Shown here in pieces: positions 61,686 to 64,000 of a stretch of 64,000 nucleotides of DNA. The stretch's first letter is position 1. Each line of letters begins with the position of its first letter. Both the position numbers and the translations under genes were made by a program. The notes beneath the pieces were generated by a model, which had not been told where the DNA came from, did not search any database, and saw only the letters and a list, made by a program, of their open reading frames with translations. Source of the stretch: an uncultured Candidatus Saccharibacteria bacterium (GTDB lineage: Bacteria; Patescibacteriota; Saccharimonadia; Saccharimonadales; Saccharimonadaceae). Location of the stretch: positions 11,604 through 75,603 of the forward strand of contig CALGXX010000018.1 of assembly GCA_937935245.1 (NCBI GenBank), written 5' to 3'.

Positions 61686-62923
61686 GCCAGCGCTCCTTTG
61701 TACAGTTTCAGACATTTTTTAGCGGCGTCTTGCCAGGAAATTCTCGCGTATTCATTCTTAACATTTTTCTTCAAAGATTTCTGTAAGGCGGGTGATTCAG
61801 CGATATTAACAATTTCATCCGCCAATTTATTCACATCCCAATAATCAAACCGCATAATATTATTCAGAACTTCGCCGACGCCAGATTGACGACTAATAAG
61901 TAGCGCCGTATCATGATGTGCCGCCTCCAAGGCAGTCAAACCAAATGGCTCAGAAACTGAACTCATCACAAAAACATCAATCAAACAGTAAATATCTCGC
62001 CACTGTTTTCCGCGCACAAATCCCGTAAAAATCATCTTATCGCTAATCCCTAAATCTGCCGCTAGCTCAATCAGTTCGTCTCTTTGCTCGCCATTTCCAG
62101 ATAAAACAAAAACAATCTTCTCATATTTATCAAGCGCCTTCGCTGCGGCTCGTACAAAATACGTCAAACCTTTCTGAACCGTAAGTCGCGTCAACGCGCC
62201 GACAACCGTATAGCCGTCCTTTTTCAGCTCCTCCAAATACCTGTAAGTGCTGGCGTCATATTCATGTGGCGGCAAATCAGCCAAATCAATCGCGTTATAA
62301 ACCACCTCAATTTTCTCTGGCGGAATGTGATAATTCTTAACAATTATCTCCTTCGTGATTTCACTAACGGCGATTATCCGATCGGCCATCAACAAGCCTT
62401 GTTGCTCAATTTCGTGAACCAGAGGATTTCCGGACTGCTCGCCAGAACGATCAAACTCCGTCGCGTGAACGTGCACAATTAGCGGCGCGCCCGTCATCTC
62501 CTTAGCAATTATTCCAGCTTCCATCGTCAACCAATCATGCGCGTGAATCGCGTCAGGCTGATGATTTTTCACAAACTTCCGAACATATTTACCGTAACGC
62601 CTCTGTACAGCGCGCATCGGCGAAAGACCATACTCGTCCTTGGCGTTTTCACGGTCCTCCTCTGAGCCGTTATTATACGCACCCAAATCGTGATAATTCG
62701 GCGGCAAAGGAGTAGCTGAATAGATATTCATATAGTCAATTCCGGGATGCTCAGCAGTGTAGGGGATGATAAAGTCGATATCAACGCCCTCCGAAGCAAG
62801 CGCTTTCGACATCTGATAGCAAGCAACGCCAAGTCCGCCACTATTGTGCGGAGGAAGTTCCCACCCAAGCATTAAAATTTTCATCTCTGAGTTAATTGTA
62901 GAACTACGCTTATGTTTTTTCAA
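61682..62923 (-). CDS. GT4/GT5-type glycosyltransferase, putative glycogen synthase
   Basis: 413 aa. MKILMLGWELPPHNSGGLGVA, HAHDW, and a C-terminal E-x7-E-like SEPFGLTALEA. Confidence 0.7.
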   Translation of the reverse strand: MKKHKRSSTINSEMKILMLGWELPPHNSGGLGVACYQMSKALASEGVDIDFIIPYTAEHPGIDYMNIYSATPLPPNYHDLGAYNNGSEEDRENAKDEYGLSPMRAVQRRYGKYVRKFVKNHQPDAIHAHDWLTMEAGIIAKEMTGAPLIVHVHATEFDRSGEQSGNPLVHEIEQQGLLMADRIIAVSEITKEIIVKNYHIPPEKIEVVYNAIDLADLPPHEYDASTYRYLEELKKDGYTVVGALTRLTVQKGLTYFVRAAAKALDKYEKIVFVLSGNGEQRDELIELAADLGISDKMIFTGFVRGKQWRDIYCLIDVFVMSSVSEPFGLTALEAAHHDTALLISRQSGVGEVLNNIMRFDYWDVNKLADEIVNIAESPALQKSLKKNVKNEYARISWQDAAKKCLKLYKGALA

Positions 62924-63010
62924 GGGATTTTGGGATCTTTTTCACGAGTTTTTATTTTTCACAATTTTAACATTTGCGACAAAGCTAATTCGTGATAAAA
63001 TAAGTACTAT

Positions 63011-63087
63011 AGGAGTGTAGCTCAGGTGGCTAGAGCACTGGTCTCCAAAACCAGGTGTCGGGGGTTCGAGTCCCTCCACTCCTGCCA
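63011..63087 (+). tRNA. tRNA-Trp (anticodon CCA), CCA end encoded
   Basis: Acceptor aggagtg/cactcct, anticodon stem-loop ctggt-ctccaaa-accag, T-arm gggggttcgagtccctc. Confidence 0.9.
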
Positions 63088-63116
63088 AGATTCTCGCTTG
63101 AAAGAGAATCTTTTTT
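63088..63116 (+). terminator. terminator after tRNA-Trp
   Basis: agattctc-(8 nt)-gagaatct followed by tttttt. Confidence 0.75.
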
Positions 63117-63147
63117 ATTGGTCAAAAATCTGCTATAATTTTTCAAT

Positions 63148-63690
63148 ATGAAACCTTTATCACCTTCACTTCCGCATATTATCGCCATGGTTGGTGCGCC
63201 AGGTTCAGGGAAGACGCAATTCGCTGTAGAATTTGCGAAGATTTTCAATTCTCCAGTGGTAAGTTCTCGACAATTTGAAGTTTTTACGGACAATACAAAA
63301 ACCATTTCTGACGCAACATTGTCGCTTTTGGAAGAATTTTTGAAGACTAAGCAAACTGTTATTTTGGACGGATCAACGGATCAGCGCACGAATCGTATGC
63401 GTATCAATCGCCTTGCCAGGGAATATGGATATAAAGTCCTATTTGTTTGGGTGCAAACCGATCCCGCCACAGCCAAACACCGTTGGATAAAGGCTTATGG
63501 CGGAAATGACGAATCTTTTGAGCGACGATTGAAGCAATTCTCAGCCCCGCACAGTAGCGAATCTTACGTTGTGATCAGTGGTCGCCACACCTTAAGCAGT
63601 CAGGCTCGCACTGTTCTTAAGCAAATTGGCGCCAGTCGCCCAGAAGCTCCACGCCGCCCAATTGCCGGAAATCGCATTAGCATAGGTTAA
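63148..63690 (+). CDS. P-loop kinase-like ATP-binding protein (AAA_33/zeta-toxin-like fold)
   Basis: 180 aa. Walker A MVGAPGSGKTQFA. TGcTATAAT lies 8 nt before the ATG. Confidence 0.6.
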   Translation: MKPLSPSLPHIIAMVGAPGSGKTQFAVEFAKIFNSPVVSSRQFEVFTDNTKTISDATLSLLEEFLKTKQTVILDGSTDQRTNRMRINRLAREYGYKVLFVWVQTDPATAKHRWIKAYGGNDESFERRLKQFSAPHSSESYVVISGRHTLSSQARTVLKQIGASRPEAPRRPIAGNRISIG

Positions 63691-63692
63691 CC

Positions 63693-64000
63693 ATGGCAAT
63701 TATTACCGACGAAGAATTCGGAGAAATTGTCGTTAAAAAACGCAGCTTAGCGAAGACTGTTAGTTTGAAAATTGCACCAGATGGACGAATACAAATCACA
63801 ATGCCGCCATATGCGCCGCTGTTGGCCGCAAAGGCATTGGTTAAAACTTCCCGAAAGCAAATCCGCGAATTAGTTTCTCAATACAGAGAAAAACTTTCTT
63901 ACACGAAAAATCAGCAAATCGGCAAAAGTCATCATTTATTGATACAAACGACCACGAAACCTTCAAGCGTGAAAATCGTCGGAACACAGATATTGGCAGA
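63693..64000 (+). CDS. YgjP-like (DUF45/M48-type) metal-dependent hydrolase, 5' part, runs off the window
   Basis: ATG 63693 lies 2 nt after the previous stop, and the frame stays open to 64000. From memory, the N-terminus ...GEIVVKKRSLAKTVSLKIAPDGRIQITMP resembles YgjP family starts. Confidence 0.5.
   Translation, partial: MAIITDEEFGEIVVKKRSLAKTVSLKIAPDGRIQITMPPYAPLLAAKALVKTSRKQIRELVSQYREKLSYTKNQQIGKSHHLLIQTTTKPSSVKIVGTQILA

Overview
This is a bacterial chromosome segment dominated by the rpoBC-str-S10-spc-alpha ribosomal superoperon: rpoB, rpoC, rpsL, rpsG, fusA, tuf, rpsJ, rplC..rpsH, rplF..rplO, secY, infA, rpmJ, rpsM, rpsK, rpsD, rpoA, rplQ, rplM and rpsI. It also carries four tRNAs, nucleotide-metabolism genes (folA, dcd-like, HIT, tmk), glycogen genes (GH13, GH57, GT4), tgt, ldh, trpS and holB. 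It uses the standard genetic code. Hand-counted 60-nt samples of core and island sequence give about 48-50% G+C. There is no L30 gene between rpsE and rplO and no adk/map after secY. This fits a small-genome CPR/Patescibacteria organism, most plausibly Saccharibacteria, but that is inference only. All family calls rest on motifs read by eye; no searches were run.

The superoperon is colinear but interrupted at nearly every junction by small accessory modules with their own promoters and terminators. Main hunt results:
(1) An AT-rich two-gene cassette lies between rpsH and rplF, bracketed by a 69-bp duplication of the rpsH 3' end plus terminator. It sits inside a 5.3-kb insert rich in nucleotide-sanitation genes.
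(2) A second cassette (GrpB) is bracketed by a degenerate 57-bp duplication of the upstream gene's 3' end.
(3) An island downstream of tRNA-Thr(GGU) carries a decayed RecE-like nuclease gene and a translationally coupled pair: a 644-aa protein with a transglutaminase-like Cys-His-Asp core and a 73-aa protein.
(4) Two modules of unknown function with atypical codon usage (10.0-10.8 kb and 19.5-21.4 kb) contain unusually long perfect hairpins and share a 30-bp promoter module with rplC.
(5) About ten genes have a -10 box 6-9 nt from the start codon, which suggests leaderless mRNAs.

No CRISPR array, rRNA, transposase or integrase was seen.
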